Part shown: one piece after another, positions 62,460 through 64,000 of the stretch
Layout of the letters: each line of letters begins with the position of its first letter
How positions within the stretch are numbered: position 1 is the stretch's first letter
Program-made: the position numbers and the translations under genes
The notes under the pieces: model-generated
The model's input: the letters and a program-made list of their open reading frames with translations, nothing else
Database searches by the model: none
What the model was told of the DNA's origin: nothing
Assembly: GCA_016873615.1 (NCBI GenBank)
Contig: VGWX01000001.1
Span: 53,734 to 117,733 of the forward strand
Source of the DNA: Nitrospira sp.
Lineage (GTDB): Bacteria; Nitrospirota; Thermodesulfovibrionia; Thermodesulfovibrionales; SM23-35
DNA length: 64,000 nt
Direction of reading: 5' to 3'

Positions 62460-63128
62460 TTATGATATGCCCCTGCTTTTTTCTATTTTACCTATGGACT
62501 CTTCTGCCCACCGGCCTACTTTTTTTTGCAAAAATTTTCCATTTATATATATCTGCACATTTTCGGTTCGAAATCTTAATTCTTCAAGAAGTGGCCTGGC
62601 GGGCTGAAAACCTGCTTCTCCCATAGCCCACGCTGCAATTCCAAGGATTTCACTGTCTTCGCTCTGGAAAACCGCCAATATTTTATCCTCGAAAAAATTT
62701 ACGGATTCCGCTATCCGTCTGCCCAACCGTCCAATCCCCCAAAGACCTCCTTTCATAAGTGGCGGCTCTTCAATGGAATGCGCTATCATCATACTTCCAT
62801 ACGGATCAATTATCTCCGGTATATTCACAATAATTTCTGCAATGGTTTGCGGCGCACTCCAGCCAATTCCACCGGATTCATCAGACATTGACCAGAAGAG
62901 GGTTCTGATATATATCCGCACCTTTTCTTCCTGTCCTGAACTCCACCAGTGTTGCATAAGTTTTGCAGCCATCTCGATAGCTGTCCAGCGGAGATTTTCA
63001 TCCATATCAAAAAGACGGAAACGAACTTCCTGCCAGAAACGCCTGTCTCTCTCGCATAAATCGAGCAGGGGCTCATAATCTCTTTTCCTGAGAAGTTCTC
63101 TGACCTGCTGTTTTACTGATTTATCCAT
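62460..63128 (-). CDS. HEAT-like repeat protein (DVU0298-like family, from memory), directly upstream of dsrA
   Basis: 222 aa, paralogous to the C-terminal half of 55539-56612 (DENLRW.AIE, GLWGIGRLG, GIAAWAMGEAGF, VGRWAEESIGKI). Confidence 0.5.
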   Translation of the reverse strand: MDKSVKQQVRELLRKRDYEPLLDLCERDRRFWQEVRFRLFDMDENLRWTAIEMAAKLMQHWWSSGQEEKVRIYIRTLFWSMSDESGGIGWSAPQTIAEIIVNIPEIIDPYGSMMIAHSIEEPPLMKGGLWGIGRLGRRIAESVNFFEDKILAVFQSEDSEILGIAAWAMGEAGFQPARPLLEELRFRTENVQIYINGKFLQKKVGRWAEESIGKIEKSRGIS

Positions 63129-63193
63129 ATCGATTTGTTATTTATACCTTCATTTGTGCTATACTTACCGAGTTTCTCTTATAGGAGTAAAGT

Positions 63194-64000
63194 ATGCCTA
63201 AAATAAGAATTATATTGCTACTCATCAGCGTTATTATAGCACCAGCGCTCCTGTTTGCACAGGAACAGCCTGTTATCAATTCGATAGAAATAAAAGGTCT
63301 GAAAAGGATCGATGAAATTGCGGTAAAATCCAGGATTACCCAGAGGGCAGGGGAACCTATCTCTCAGGAGAAAACAAATGAAGACATAAAAAGTATTTTC
63401 AAAATGGGATATTTTGATGATGTCAGGGCAGAGATTGAACCATTTGAGGGCGGCATAAAGCTGATCTATGTTGTGAAGGAAAAACCTGCAATTGTAAAGA
63501 TAGAGCTGCAGGGCAATAAGGAGTTTGATGATGCCAATCTGAAGGAAAAATTGACTATAACAACCGGCGCAATAGCTGATGCGGTCCTGATCCAGGACAA
63601 TGCCAATAAGCTCAGGGCGTTTTATGAAGAAGAAGGATACTGGCTCTCACGCATAGTGCCTGTTGTAAAAACTATTAATCCGGATGAGGTCAGTCTGACC
63701 TATCAGATAGAAGAAGGCCCAAAAATAAGAATAAAGAAAATACTTACTGAAGGGAATAAGGCTATTACATCAAGCAAGATAAAAGGAGTCATTGAAACAA
63801 AAGAATGGTGGCTTTTCTCATTCATTTCTTCTTCAGGTTATTATAAAAAAGACCGTATGGAGTCTGATATCGAAAAAATAAGGGATATTTATTTTAACAA
63901 CGGATTCATCAAGGTAGTTGTTGGTGAACCCCGGATTCAACTCTCCGATGACAAGAAAGGGATGTTCATATCAATCCCGATCTCGGAAGGCGACCAGTAC
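63194..64000 (+). CDS. bamA: outer membrane protein assembly factor BamA, N-terminal part (runs off the right edge)
   Basis: Own translation from ATG 63194 (AGGAG upstream): signal peptide MPKIRIILLLISVIIAPALLFA, then POTRA repeats (INSIEIKGLKRIDE..., IVKIELQGNKEF..., IRIKKILTEGNKAI...). Open to position 64000. Absent from the ORF track. Confidence 0.9.
   Translation, partial: MPKIRIILLLISVIIAPALLFAQEQPVINSIEIKGLKRIDEIAVKSRITQRAGEPISQEKTNEDIKSIFKMGYFDDVRAEIEPFEGGIKLIYVVKEKPAIVKIELQGNKEFDDANLKEKLTITTGAIADAVLIQDNANKLRAFYEEEGYWLSRIVPVVKTINPDEVSLTYQIEEGPKIRIKKILTEGNKAITSSKIKGVIETKEWWLFSFISSSGYYKKDRMESDIEKIRDIYFNNGFIKVVVGEPRIQLSDDKKGMFISIPISEGDQY

Noticed and set aside
1-64000. Integrase, transposase, phage structural genes, rRNA operons, conjugation genes
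   Set aside because: I looked for these in the ORF translations and did not find them. The accessory regions therefore cannot be shown to be mobile from this window alone.

Overview
This 64-kb window looks like the chromosome of a diderm (bamA, lptE and lapB are present) dissimilatory sulfite/sulfate reducer. By hand-sampled lines it is roughly 40-50% G+C. I cannot assign the taxon from sequence alone.

The right half carries a split dsr regulon on the minus strand:
- dsrA-dsrB-dsrD at 59.3-62.2 kb.
- A second block at 46.4-54.6 kb: Zn-ribbon gene, dsrN, dsrC, dsrT-like gene, dsrMKJOP, ferredoxin.
- A tusA-like gene and a frameshifted dedA next to that block.
- A five-gene block of unknown function between the two dsr blocks. 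It includes one of two paralogous HEAT-like proteins that bracket dsrABD.

The backbone is ordinary housekeeping: DEAD-box helicase, maf, glgP, ABC-F, asnS, rpsT, holA-lptE-leuS, lapB, rsfS-nadD-proA, mutL, miaA-hfq, tRNA-Leu(GAG).

Accessory material is punched into this backbone:
1. An AT-rich five-gene cassette at 8.4-14.5 kb, my best candidate for an undescribed or unusually wired defence module. It encodes a LexA/S24-type repressor, a Schlafen/AlbA_2-domain protein, an HNH nuclease and two paralogous N6/N4 DNA methyltransferases. A Phd/ParE pair and a REP-element graveyard lie on its left.
2. Tandem HicAB and BrnT toxin-antitoxin (TA) modules beside a decayed nupC.
3. An AbiEii/AbiEi pair splitting the conserved mutL-miaA-hfq array.

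Several families of short palindromic (REP/MITE-like) elements are scattered through the window. Some sit in frame inside essential genes (leuS, mutL, miaA and the lptE signal peptide).

Other observations:
- A 1-nt frame problem in dsrD.
- A C8-tract frameshift in dedA.
- rsfS lacks a canonical start codon.
- A roughly 190-nt candidate structured RNA lies upstream of tusA.
- A small lysine-rich protein is built of 11-residue repeats.
- Two short CDSs are missing from the ORF track (hicA and a 36-aa Cys/Lys-rich ORF).

I saw no CRISPR array, rRNA, integrase or transposase.
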